From positions 22,212,628 through 22,276,627 of the forward strand of contig OZ037767.1 of NCBI GenBank assembly GCA_964035545.1: a stretch of 64,000 bases of DNA, written 5' to 3'. This stretch comes from Bugula neritina. Taxonomy: Eukaryota > Animalia > Bryozoa. The translations under genes and the position numbers were made by a program. Below are positions 27,701 through 39,221 of the stretch, piece after piece. Positions within the stretch are counted from its first letter, which is position 1. Each line of letters begins with the position of its first letter. The notes below the pieces were generated by a model. The model had not been told where the DNA came from and made no database searches. It saw only the letters and a list, made by a program, of their open reading frames with translations.

Positions 27701-29510
27701 TCTGCTCTTTCTCTCTCAATTCTTTCTTGTTCTGCCTTTTCCCTCTCAATCCTTTCTTGCTCTGCTCTTTCTCTCTCAATCCTTTCTTGCTCTGCTCTTT
27801 CTCTCTCAATCCTTTCTTGTTCTTCTCTTTCTCTTTCAATCCGTTCTTGCTCTGCTCTTTCCCTCTCAATCCGTTCTTGTTCTGCCTTTTCTTTTAAAGC
27901 TCTCTCTAGAGCAGCTTTCTCTTCTGCAACTCTTTTTATCTCCGCCTGAAAATGTAATGAGATATTCACAAGCAATTTTTTCAATAACCATTGAAAAGTA
28001 AAGCATCAATGACAGTTATTAAAGTATATATATCAAGTATTACATTTTATTACAATGATGATAGTATAAAAAATTGCAATACCTCATCAATGAAGTCGTC
28101 ACAACTTTCTCTATCACAATAGGATTCATGTTTTCCACCAATAATGCCACCATTGTTGACTACAAAATAAGTATAACACTTGATAACGTAGTAATTTGAC
28201 CAAATGCAACAACAAAATATAATTTTTCTTCAGCATGCAGGTAGTTTTTACTTTGTAGAGCCATATATGCAAAATACAAAACTATATATACTTCCGTCTA
28301 GCAGAGTATTTCAAACAATTAGCGCTGTTTGAAATTGTTAGTCCAATTATTAGCCTTTAGGCATTTCCAACTCTCACTGAATGTAAATTTTGTTTCAAAA
28401 GTAGTTGAACCAAAACAGATAAAAATGTTCTTCAAAGAATCATATAAATCGAAGATCATCCAGGTACAAAGATGTAAAATGTTAAATCATAGGCCACACT
28501 ACATGCTACAATATTTAATCAAAACAGCTTTTTAAATATTCTACACAGCTAGCACTATTACCAGATTAATTTAATGATGAATATTCCATTCTACAAGACT
28601 TGGGAACAATTTTTAGCAGTTTGAACTCATGAAATATTTAAATGTAAGTATGTGGTGTAAATGTGATCTCTTGTGCTAACTATGTAACTTAGTACTTCCT
28701 TAATAAGCTCAAGTATTATCCAACTATTCTAATTTGAGTCATTATGATAAAAATACACATTAGAATTGTCTAGTAGGTGTAAGTTTAGTTGGATGTTTTC
28801 TGCAGTTACCTGTTCATACATAACCTATAATCACATATTAAATGTGAGAGAACTCTTTTCTTGGGAGAGAAGAAGACCATAGCGCCAGTGGATGGATATG
28901 CCACAAGATCAGATATGAAAGTGGGAACATTGAATAGCAAGGACACAAGTAACAGAGTTGGATGGAAATAACTAATTGAGTTGGCTATGCAGAACCCGTT
29001 AAAATGGTTGCGGTGAGAAATAGTGGAAAGTAGTGAGAAACTATTTACATGTATTTGTTTTTACATTTTTGCTGCAGCTGAGATTTCATTGGTGCAATGT
29101 GAAAGTAACATGCTGATATATAAACTTAATAAATGTAGACAAAATTACTATGTTACCAATAATTAGCACTCTTGAGTTGTCATTTAAGCAAAATGCTGAT
29201 GAAGTAACTTGTAAAAACTAAAACCAGTTTGGTAGGTCTTGTAAGTAAATTGACAATTGACAATATATATTTATGAGAAGCTTTGAATTTCTGGGCTAAC
29301 CTGGAAAAAGCTCTAACTAATTAGTAATTGATAGACCTAAATCTTCCACCATTTGCAAATAAAACCTTTTACCCTTAATGTAACACAATGTGCAGCATAT
29401 TATACAGTATTTGACTTACTGAGCAGCAATGTTTGGTTGTCAATCTCTGGAAAGGTTCCGCTCTGGAGAAATGAGACACAGATGATAGCTAGTGCAGCCA
29501 GCGGAAACAT
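21720..29510 (-). CDS. Secreted CAP-superfamily protein: signal peptide + (ERAEQERIER)n + GAPR-1/GLIPR2-like CAP domain (~406 aa)
   Basis: Exons 29510-29420, 28159-28083, 27945-27114, 26909-26841, 21871-21720 (1221 nt). CAP motifs HNELRTSHG, GENL, WYNEIQDY, TGHFTQVLWKET..VGVG, YVVANYWPAGNV. Confidence 0.88.
22165..22712 (-). repeat. 3' LTR
   Basis: Direct repeat of 25997-26544; preceded on the minus strand by the PPT TAGAATGGGGGGT (~22713-22725). Confidence 0.95.
22772..25900 (-). CDS. Gag-protease-integrase polyprotein (1042 aa); RT absent, only the RNase H tail remains, in another frame
   Basis: Two CCHC knuckles (CFICKDKSHIARNC, CSHCKMNNHNTSDC), protease MRDTG, HHCC Zn finger, DDE core (IDLVGP, SDQG, VEKFN). 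RNase H end NSRVMRWAMYLQNF...GADYLSR at ~22885-22759. Confidence 0.92.
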   Translation of the reverse strand: MALLERMTQMGKDLGLVDDKLIAFVEKNLPIVAAQEEKEKDREEKEKDREERRLEREAEKIRQENEKALMEMKIKADQEAMALKVKADQEAEERRQQHELDMEKLKANTSLEHSRHESTRLEIANKPKPKIPFFDEKVDEMDSYLERFEWVAEGCNWDKGDWPYHLSQYLRGTATEAYIRLSPTDRRDYKKVKEALLERFNLTQEGYRKKLREAEAYEDETPAQLFTRIESYVHKWVELSGGMDIAKLVATEQFISSCPDDLAVHLKQSSYNSSEDMCDAASLFLHARGRKLAKTKKTNTKRMENTPAGSMNAEQGSKSDGACFICKDKSHIARNCPRQGKKYCSHCKMNNHNTSDCRKYGGRSVHAAAAIATTQNKTVVTDPGISSKVEEPTEITVNGKKFVNAAVCKNGPKFKDGGTAIFDAEVNGQRATVMRDTGCGCIVVNAKYVQPQHLTGESVYLNMADASVREAQWALISVRSPFYNGVVKAAVMDKTICDLLIGNVDGARSADQPLENWKDCAVTTRAQAVKEKSGDKPLKIDSNTNPLSIGKDEIARLQRDDPTLERFFDAKEVKEKKGCTTRFVVRNKILYREYTDSKSVSVKPVKQLMVPSSLRKEVLQKAHDCIMSGHLGVKKTTDRVLSNFFWPGLNGDVVRFCQSCDICQKTVKKGSVMKVPVQETPLIDTPFKRCAIDLVGPINPPSEKGHRYILTLVDYATRYPEATPLKNIDSATVAEALLDIYSRVGIPEEVISDQGTQFISDYMKEFTRLLDMRQLPTSPYHAMANGLVEKFNGTLKNMLKKLCAKEPRQWHRFINAALFAYREVPQESTGFAPFELLYGRTVRGPMYILRQLWTKEDTADEVKTCYQHVFELRERLDDMMEIALASLKDSQKRYKHYFDKKAKQRDFRPGDKVLILLPTNGNKLLMHWQGPFNIEEKVRLNDYIINIRGKRRTYHANMLKKYFERETPTDSMTVGAVMTLDAAGAGIIDHNKEREECQDDLLDLYSKKQQSDEMGYVFTELQNQGGVNQRKGRCWSRLSKSN
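25978..25994 (-). promoter_or_regulatory. Primer-binding site, tRNA-Pro-like
   Basis: TGGGGGCTGCTCCGGGA 2 nt inside the 5' LTR versus the canonical tRNA-Pro PBS TGGGGGCTCGTCCGGGA (2 mismatches). Confidence 0.8.
25997..26544 (-). repeat. 5' LTR
   Basis: Direct repeat of 22165-22712. Confidence 0.95.
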
Positions 29511-31507
29511 TTTGTACAGATTACGACTAACCCGGCCGCTCTCTTACTGCAGTTTATAATGGTAACACCTTGCAAGCACCTTGCAACGTGTCCCACTTCA
29601 ACCAACTGACATGATTAATAATAGGCGAGGTGCATCATGATGTGACAGGAATTAATGGCATGCATGTTGGCTTATAATAGTATTAGCAACCCAAAAGTGA
29701 CTCGAAATGATAGATTGATGAAGCAAAATATTACAATCAGTACTACTTATAGGTTAAGTAGTAATTACAATGGCTATACCATAATATACATGAGCACTAT
29801 AGTTAGCGTGGTAACTAAAATTTAAAACAAAAGCAAAACTGCATCATCAAATCTCATCTGGTAAACATTAGAGTATATACCATTATTACTAGGACAGTAC
29901 GATTGAATTAACCTACACCTGTTTCGACAAAAACAATTCAACATCAGAATTCGCAGTTGTGTTGTAAAAAAAGATATGTAAGTTTTACGTAAACTTATAG
30001 CATATGACCACTATGAAAAGTAATACTAACAATGTTTCTACAATTATAATGTAGTTGAATTAGAGGTCTTGGGCATAAAAAGTCAATTAATAAGCCATGG
30101 AATATAAAACATATGCTATAGCTTGTGTCTTGTACTATATAATGCCAGATTTCACGCAATCAGACACAAAGTATGTGCCGAACTTCTTCAGAACTGGTTG
30201 ATGTAGGTAAAATAAAGTGTAGACAGTCATAGTACATATTAATACCTATAACACATGTATACTTTTGCATGTTGTGTAATAAAGTACTTGCTAATGAAGT
30301 CATCCTTTTCACCAACATAAGGTTATCTCAGCAATACCTGCAACTATTTCCAAGCCTTAAAGGACCAAGGGAGACACAAGGGTAGATTGGACTTTTGGAG
30401 TGCTAAGAAAAAAGGCAACAGAATATTGGGAATGATAGGAAAGATGCAAAACAGATTCAAGGTGAATGCGGTATGAAATGAGAGGGCAACCCAATCACAT
30501 AAACTAACAAGTGCAGCAGATATGAAAACCTGGAATGAGTTATAAAACTGTCAGGTATGGAAATAACAGAGTGAGAACAAGTAGTATAAAAACAGGACTG
30601 TCTAGAATGGAAGAGCTAGGGCTTATGTTTGGTAGGAAAGATGATCGGGTGAGAAAACATTATTAAGTTGATGGCTAACAAACAGTAAAATTAAGAAGGT
30701 GAAAGAAGCTTTGTAAAAGGAATTAACGTATGGCAACAATCAGACAGAGAAGAAGAGTTAAGAGTTGAAAAGTTGCAGCTCAAATCTACTCACCAAAAGT
30801 TGTAGAAAATATGAACCCTGAAGTTTATTAGGCATATTTTATTTTATTATATACAAGTAAAAAAGTTGGTATAAAATCACTACAAAACATAAAACTTTTA
30901 CTGCCTTCTTTTGTAATAAACTTAAAATTTTGGTAGCGATTTCGGATTTTCTTTCAAATTTGTGATTTTCAAACACAGAACAATTTAAAAAACTGAGTAC
31001 TTAATAATATCAAAGCACCAGAATATATTATTAACAGTAATGCTGACAAGAATGGAACTTAAGTAAATGTAATTAAAGTAGATTAAACGCTGCAAAAATT
31101 GAAAGATGGTGATAACAAAATGAAATGTAGGTAATTGGTCTAAAGCAGCTAGAAAATAAAATTTCACAACTTTTTACTAGCACAATTCAACACTTTAAAT
31201 GACATAAAATTATATTAAATTAAAAGAATGACAAAGTTAGATTAATTTTAAAACATCCTCTCTGATTGGTTATTAAAATGACACATGAGCCAATAAACAC
31301 TATGGTAAAGGTGACAGGCATAGCAAGGACTAAGTCAGCAATTGGACTATATATTATGCTAATAATACACAATTTTGAATTGTAAACACATGAATGAATC
31401 GATTAAATACATTTAACATTACATTTCAAAGTAGTAATTGTGCATAAAGTTATGAGGAAGAACAATCTAAAACTGTTTCAACACGTTTTTTTAGAAAACT
31501 TGTAAAG

Positions 31508-34156
31508 TTAACTGAGTAGAGGTTCTGCTTCACCATCGTCATAGCTTCTACCTCTGCATCGAGCTACAAGAAAAATATACAGCCATAGAAAATTTAATAA
31601 TAATTATTATCATGAAATAAAAAGAAAAATACAAATTCTATATGAAAGAAAATATGCTGCCCCTTGTTTGATGGAAAAGACAAACCCTCTGTATCATATA
31701 GTGGAGAAATCATACACAAAAAAGTTTGCCAAAAATGACACATAGACAAAACATTTTTAGAGCAATAAATAAGGAATCTGGAAATTTCAAAGAGTTGTCT
31801 CACCCTGTATACTTGGAATTGTACATATATGTTTAGCATTTAGATGCCTTGGATTTCATTTTCAAAAATACCCCTGAGAATTAGTTTTAATGAATATTCT
31901 AGTCCATTAATCAATTTTAGTAAAACTCTCCAACGAAAATCTCCAGAACTAAATCTCAATCATATATTTACCTTATCAACCCAGTTAGTGCAACTACTAA
32001 GTACACTTACCTACGAGCTTTTTAAAGGGCTTTGTAAGCAGTCCATTGTATATAGCTGTGCCAAGACCCAAAAGAATGAACCCTAAAGAGAGAAGACAAG
32101 TAAAAGTATTTCACTAGAGAACGGAATAAAATTGAGAGGACACAACTCTTCTTTTGAGCGTAACATCAATACGAGGAATTGGATAAAATAATTATTACAT
32201 GTCGGTATTGTTAAGTGAAACATCTCATTATTTTCATTAACCAAAACTAAAGAGAAGAAATATACCTGGAATTTGTACAGCGTTGAATGGATCCCATACA
32301 ATAACAGAGACCACCCACACAACTATAGTTCTTAGACTATCTAACACCATGCGGGTGGTGGCACTCAGCTCCCTTGTTACGCTAATACCAGAGAAATTGA
32401 AGAAAGCTATACTGATCACATTACCTACAAGGTAAAAGGAACTGTAAAACCAGCAGTTATTACCCAACTTAAAGATGGATACTGGGTTTTGTTGCACTTA
32501 TGTGACTCCTGCACAAAAAACTACACAAGTTTGCTTGAGTAAACCCTAAATGCTGCTAAAACAACAGAAAACGTTTTACTTCATGAATCACATAAACTAT
32601 AAGAATATGACCTAAAAAGCATTCGCTTTTAACATTTTTTTAATCTTGACTATAATGGAACATACCAACTTGTGCCACTATAATCTGCCAGTTGCTCCCC
32701 ATCTGGTAGAATGCGTCTATGGCATTCTCTAGTCGGTAGTAGGGGTCTGCTGTGATGAAGCTGCCACCCTTTCCCACCTTGATGTAGTACATTGGTATCA
32801 GCAGCAAACTCAGCGTTCCGAAACCAAAGATACCTGCAAGACACTAATAGAGTCAGCACTAATAATACATTCCTATATGCGCATCAGCTATTCACAGTAT
32901 ATTAACCATACATAGTATATTAACTACACACAGTATATTAACTATACACAGTATATTAATTACACACAGTATATTAACTATACACATTATATTAACTATA
33001 CACAGTATATTAACTACACACAGTATATTAACTACACACAGTATATTACCTACACACAGTATATTAACTATACACAGTATATTAACTATACACAGTATAT
33101 TAACTACACACAGTATATTACCTACACACAGTATATTACCTACACACAGTATATTAACTATACACAGTATATTACCTACACACAGTATATTAACTATACA
33201 CAGTATATTAACTATACACAGTATATTAACTACACACAGTATATTAACTACACACAGTATATTACCTACACACAGTATATTACCTACACACAGTATATTA
33301 ACTATACACAGTATATTACCTACACACAGTATATTAACTACAGACAGTATATTAACTATACACAGTATATTAACTATACACAGTATATTAACTATACACA
33401 GTATATTACCTACACACAGTATATTAACTACACACAGTATGTTACCTATACACAGTATATTACCTATACACAGTATATTAACTATACACAGTATATTAAT
33501 TACACACAGTATATTAACTACACACAGTATATTAACTATACACAGTATATTAATTACACACAGTATATTAACTACACACAGTATATTACCTACACACAGT
33601 ATATTAACTACACACAGTATATTAACTATACACAGTATATTACCTACACACAGTATATTAACTACACACAGTATGTTACCTATACACAGTATATTACCTA
33701 CACAGTATACTAACTATACACAGTATACTGACTATACACAGTATATTACCTACACACAGTATATTAACTATACACAGTATATTAACTACACACAGTATAT
33801 TAACTATACACAGTATATTAACTACACACAGTATATTAACTATACACAGTATACTGACTATACACAGTATATTACCTACACACAGTATATTAACTATACA
33901 CAGTATATTACCTACACACAGTATATTAACTATACACAGTATATTACCTACACACAGTATATTAACTATACACAGTATATTAACTATATATGCAGTTACC
34001 CTACCTTCCCAGCCCACAGCCTGGAGAGGAGCGACATTGTGGTGTGACACGAACTTCTCCTCGTAAACCATCTGACAGGCGGTGATAATTTGAGCCATGA
34101 CTATGAGCAGGTCACCAGTTATAATTAAGTTGGTATCTGAGTTCGTCTTCTACAGG

Positions 34157-34219
<63 letters not shown>

Positions 34220-37200
34220 CGCATGTATGTGTGTGCGTTTGCGCGTGCATGCAAGCAAACATATGTATGTATGTATGTAAAATATATGGTGATAAATATA
34301 TATAATTTTCAAGCATAGAATAGGACCAAGCTGCGTTATCAGTGACAGTAAAAAAGGACATCAACACAAAGTCAGTCAGCTATGAGAAGGTTAAGCCTGT
34401 GATTAGTTGAGAGGAACTTACAGAGCTGGTGCCAGGGTTCAAGAAATCGGCCAGACCAACTACTACAAGCCCAAGAATGACAAACAATATGCCCAGCCAC
34501 ATCTGGTTGGTTATTATTTTACGAAGGAAGATGACGGACAGGAGAGCAGTAAATACAATCACAGCACCTAAAATATTAAATACAACTCAAAATAAATATT
34601 ATATCTGCACAAGGTACCTTAAACTAATAAACTCACATATGTTTATAATCATCATCCCTGTGAGAACCCCAATGGTAATGACTTTTGAGTGACAGAAAAA
34701 CAATTTTATAACCCTGTGTTTACTAGGTCAGTGCCCTAACTACTAGACCACGGCTGCTCCCTGAATCTGAACTCTGAAGGACCTTAATCTGATATGAGCA
34801 TAAACAACATAAGACTCAATTGAAGAAGAGAACTGTAATATAATGTTTAGGCACCATGTGTCAAAGTCAAGCTGAAGAGTTGACTACCTTTAACACAAGT
34901 TAGTAAACTTTTTATAACAAAAAATTCATCATTATGCAAAATAAAAAATAATATAAAGTAATAGACTTTAAGGTTGAAGTTGAACAGCCAAACTAAATGC
35001 TAAAATTGTTGCGATAGTGAACAATAAAATCAATTTTTAAAGGGAGGACAACTATAAATGGCAGCAAAATATAAATTTTCACAAAAGTTGCATACTTGAA
35101 AATGTAAAATTAGTGCAATTACTCATTCATATGACTTGCTTAATCACTCACTCACTCACGCACTCACTCACTCACTCACTCACTCACTCACTCACTCACT
35201 CACTAATTCACCACACTCACCTCACTCAATAAATTGACATCCCCTCAACAAACAACATATACAGTAACAGTTAACACAATATAATCACTGAATATATATG
35301 ATTCAGTGGAACTAACCTCGAAGCATTTGAAAACTCGAAGCATCGGTCATGTTTAGGCCAATGTACATAAGTGTGGTACCGCACATGTCACACAGGGCTG
35401 CAGGCCAGAAAACCAGAGGGTTAAAACTCTGGTTTCCATCAATCAGCTTACTCAATCCAACAGACACTTCTTGGCCACTTTCGGTTTTTCTCTTTGCCAT
35501 CAGAAACGCAATTTTAAACACCAACAAGCATGTGAATTCTCCAAGAAACATTCCCACAGACTAAAAATAACGCAAGAAAAGTAAAGTGCTCACAATAAGA
35601 GAAAATTTCAAGGTTTATGTTCAATTGCTGTCACAGATATGACACCCATACAATGCACTCATAAACTGGTAAACTTTAATTGATCATTTCATAAGACAAC
35701 TTGGTTTGTTTTGATATCACTTCTTGTTAAAAAATTCACAAATCCTGTTCTTTTTATTTAAGAGGTAGCATAATAAAAATAAACATGGCAGTTTCCATAG
35801 CTATTCAACTTGAAACAGTTTTTCTTTAAAACTCATTACAGCTTTTATTACAGTACACATGTAGTTATTCATTCCACCAATATGCCTAATTAGCTATTAC
35901 AAATGCATTTTGAAAGTGCAGACTTGACTAAAGTATGAATAGATTGAATAAGCAAACAAGTGTTAAAGTTGTGTTCAACCATGAATTTTGTACCAAAACT
36001 ATAAGCTACCTCTCAGACTTCTCTATTAGTACATGAACAACTTTGAGTTTAAAGGTCAACTATCATGTGATAACAAACATTGTAGTGATGGACAAGCAGT
36101 GATGTTTCAACTTGGAGATAAGAAGGCTATGAGATTTTGCTTCCGTTTTTAGATAATACATTGTACAGTAGTAAACATTTTTAAAAACATGAAAAACACA
36201 CATCACTTGGTAACAAAGTATTGACATATACAATCATCTTTAATATTCATTCAAATAACACAAAGTTTAAAAAAAAACTGTTTAAATTACTTTTACATGT
36301 ATGTTTAGGAACATCACACAGCTATGAAATTTTTGTAAAAATACAATTTAAATTTCTTTCTGTCCTAAAATCACAATATTTTACTGAAGATGTTAACCGC
36401 TAACCAGTTTTTGAATTTCAACACCATATTTCATGAGTTATAAAATATTTGGACATTGAAGCTAATACCAAGAAAGTTGTATTTTTTACGTCATGTACAG
36501 CAGACAGTATTTAATAAAATATTTTCTGCAATTATTACTAATTTTCTAAGTTTGATTAGATAATTTATGCAAGCAAAACATGCTAATGACCAATGTTACC
36601 TACTATAACTTTGACTGATTCACTATTTAAAATCTGTTTTCCTCATACACTTACATTCTTATTGTTATTCAGCAGCTAGCTCCAGAGTTATTTCTACTGC
36701 CTAGTGGATATGGTATGAAGGAAGCAGCCGGGATCTAGGGGTTAGAGCACTGGCTTAGTAAAGCTGAGGTCATGGGTTCAATCCCCAGTAAAGACCATTG
36801 GTGATGTTGGGAAAAGCATCCAGCCATAATTGCTCCTGTGCCACATATAAATAAGTCCTTAGTCCTATTTGAAAAATTCCTTTCCATCAGGGGCTCTCAC
36901 AGGAATAGTTACTATAAGCTTGGGTGAGTATTGAATATGATATGTAGCAGCCACCATTCTAATACAAAGAATGTCTAAACCAAGTACCAACAAACCTTAA
37001 AATCACCTTGCACAGTAAGTTTCACATTGAGCACGCCTATATCTCAACACAAGATAATTTCAATATCAAAAGTTACTATTTAATGCACAGTGCTCTTACC
37101 TGCAAAAACGGATGATCAAATCGCCGTAGGTCAGCATACTTTTCACCATAATACGGGTTTCCCGTACCATTAGATGTATCAGCCCACCTATAAGCGACAC

Positions 37201-37728
37201 CATAAGCAAAAAGCTTCCAAACAACAAATCACAGCATAGAATCTGTGCAAAGATAATTTTTGTTAAAACAACCAAACCAATTTTGTCTCCCAGCACAACT
37301 TTTAATTATTTAAAGCTAAAGTGCTATTATGAATTGTAAAAAAATTTACAAAAAATGTTCACAGATTTGGACCTCAAGTTTAAAAGCTCTAACAAATATT
37401 TACATTGTCTCACTTTTAATGATATTGTTAGTCTAGGCAGCTTATTACTAAGTATTGATTTACAACTTAGAAAATATGCACTCGAATCTCATTGGCCAAC
37501 TTCATTGTTTGCAACTCTGTATAAATATTAGGTTAATTTATTGATGAAATATATATTTATAATACTACTTGAAGTTCAAATCAAAAAAATATTTACACAT
37601 ATAATATTCCATATAAAAATTACAGCTCACTCAAATTTAGTGAATACTTACTTGGTTGACAAAGTGTTTATAGAACCAGTAATGAGCATAAGCCCCGACA
37701 AAAAGAACTGGTAAACGGTCCAAGCCAT
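31508..37728 (-). CDS. SLC35F6: Solute carrier family 35 member F6 (9 coding exons, ~384 aa)
   Basis: N-terminus MAWTVYQFFLSGLMLITGSINTLSTKWAD; FDHPFLQ, MFLGEFTCL, ASSFQMLRG, QMVYEEKFV, TRELSATTRMVLDSLRT. Exons 37728-37652, 37187-37100, 35560-35317, 34567-34422, 34149-34005, 32833-32666, 32424-32266, 32082-32011, 31563-31508. Confidence 0.93.
32893..33990. repeat. 18-bp minisatellite (CACAGTATATTAACTATA and variants), ~60 copies, intronic
   Basis: Visible tandem array; explains ORFs 33439-34047 and most of 33694-34098. Confidence 0.95.
36722..36900 (+). mobile_element. tRNA-derived SINE (degenerate)
   Basis: A-box-like GGGATCTAGGGGTTAGAGC and B-box GGGTTCAATCCC, followed by a body that recurs, diverged, at ~44249-44347. 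Confidence 0.65.
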
Positions 37729-38964
37729 ATCTTCAACTTTACTTGTAACCTATAAGCATAAGCGTAAGCTAATATTACTGCAATTTCTAATAAAAGCGAT
37801 ATGCATGGTTGATAATGATACTTGGTTTTTTATATTTTCATTGCATAGTTTTTCATGTGAGCTCTACTTTCAACTTAATTTTTTGTTACGCTTTGACTAT
37901 CACAAGTCTGATAACAGATCTGACTGATAGGATTGGTGACATAATCTTAGACTGCAAAGTAGTAACCATTTACACTACATAAACAGCATTCAGGGTCAAT
38001 AGTACAAACATTCAATATTTAGTGCCGGTTCACTGTGACTCAGCCACACTGATGTCTAGTAGTACTTGTAGTAGTAGTAGTTCCAGTAACCGGTAACGGT
38101 TGACCGCAATAAATATCATTAGATTTAATAGTATTTGACCAACTATATTTATTAGTTAATTAGAATGTCATGTAAACTTAATCACTAGTGACACTGACTA
38201 GTGTCACAATAACTATAAGTATAACTGAATCAGTATTGCATTGACTTTGAGTAAACACACACTGAACAGTGAATAGGTGATCACAGCCACTTTGAGTTTC
38301 AGTGTGACTTGGAGTTAGAGTCAGTTGCCGTTAGACTAGGTAAAATTATAATTATAATTTATATTATTATTAAAATAAAATTTCAATAATAATAATAATT
38401 GTATTTGTTAATATAAATATTAATTTTCATATTGATAATGATAATAATAGTAATAATTCATATTCACTATTCAGTATCTTCAGTATAACTCAGTATTCAA
38501 ATTCAATTTCATATATTAATATTTTTATTTTTGATTTAATTGAATTTCAATTAATTTATAAATAAATTGAATGTAAATTTCAAAAACAAACCTAATTTGA
38601 TTCACAATAACTTTGACAGTTGACTTTCTGTTTCACTGGATCAGTTTCACTTTCAGTATGAATATAATTAAAAGTATAACTATAAACTATAAGATTTAGT
38701 ATGACTATCACTATGATTATGAGTATCAGTATCAGTATGACTTACCCAATGACTATGAGTTAGAGTATGGGTATAACTAAAACTAAAAGTAAAACTTAGA
38801 GTTAGACTTAGCTTACACTTACTCTTATTATTACTACAACTATATTATAGTTATACTGATGGCGCTTGAAGTTAGGTATAAAATAACTAAAAGCAAAAAA
38901 TTAAACGTGAACGATATCAGTATAATATACTTACAGTTTCAGCAAATCCTTCTCACTCAAGTCG

Positions 38965-38977
38965 CCAGCAGATGGCG
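38965..38977 (+). promoter_or_regulatory. CTCF-like motif in the SLC35F6/PSMB6 bidirectional promoter region
   Basis: CCAGCAGATGGCG fits the CCASYAGRKGGCR core. A TCACGTGA E-box and a GC box lie within ~110 bp. Confidence 0.45.
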
Positions 38978-39221
38978 AAATGGAAGTATAATTAGAAATT
39001 ATGATTGAAATTGGTGAACTACAAGGGTTCACGTGATCACTCATGTGATTCAAGTAAAATGCTATCATAAGTGGGAGGGGGCGGGTTATGACAATGGGAA
39101 ATTTTAATAATTTAATATTGTATCGGAGCAGCAAATAAAAACCGACAATTGAAAGAGTTATCCTACCCACTTCACTTTGAACACCGTGTTGACTCACTAC
39201 TGCAGAGTAACATAAAAAAAC

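Noticed and set aside
27036-28001. Plus-strand 321-, 272- and 144-aa ORFs
   Set aside because: Antisense shadows of the ERAEQERIER repeat exon.
30300-30800. Possible decayed LINE fragment (KKGNRILGMI-like stretch)
   Set aside because: Too degraded to support without an alignment.
32893-33990. CRISPR-like or coding interpretation of the 18-bp array
   Set aside because: Head-to-tail units with no unique spacers, inside an SLC35F6 intron; the ORFs arise because the unit length is a multiple of 3.
36722-36795. Functional tRNA gene
   Set aside because: No convincing acceptor stem, and it runs into a body repeated at ~44249, which fits a SINE.
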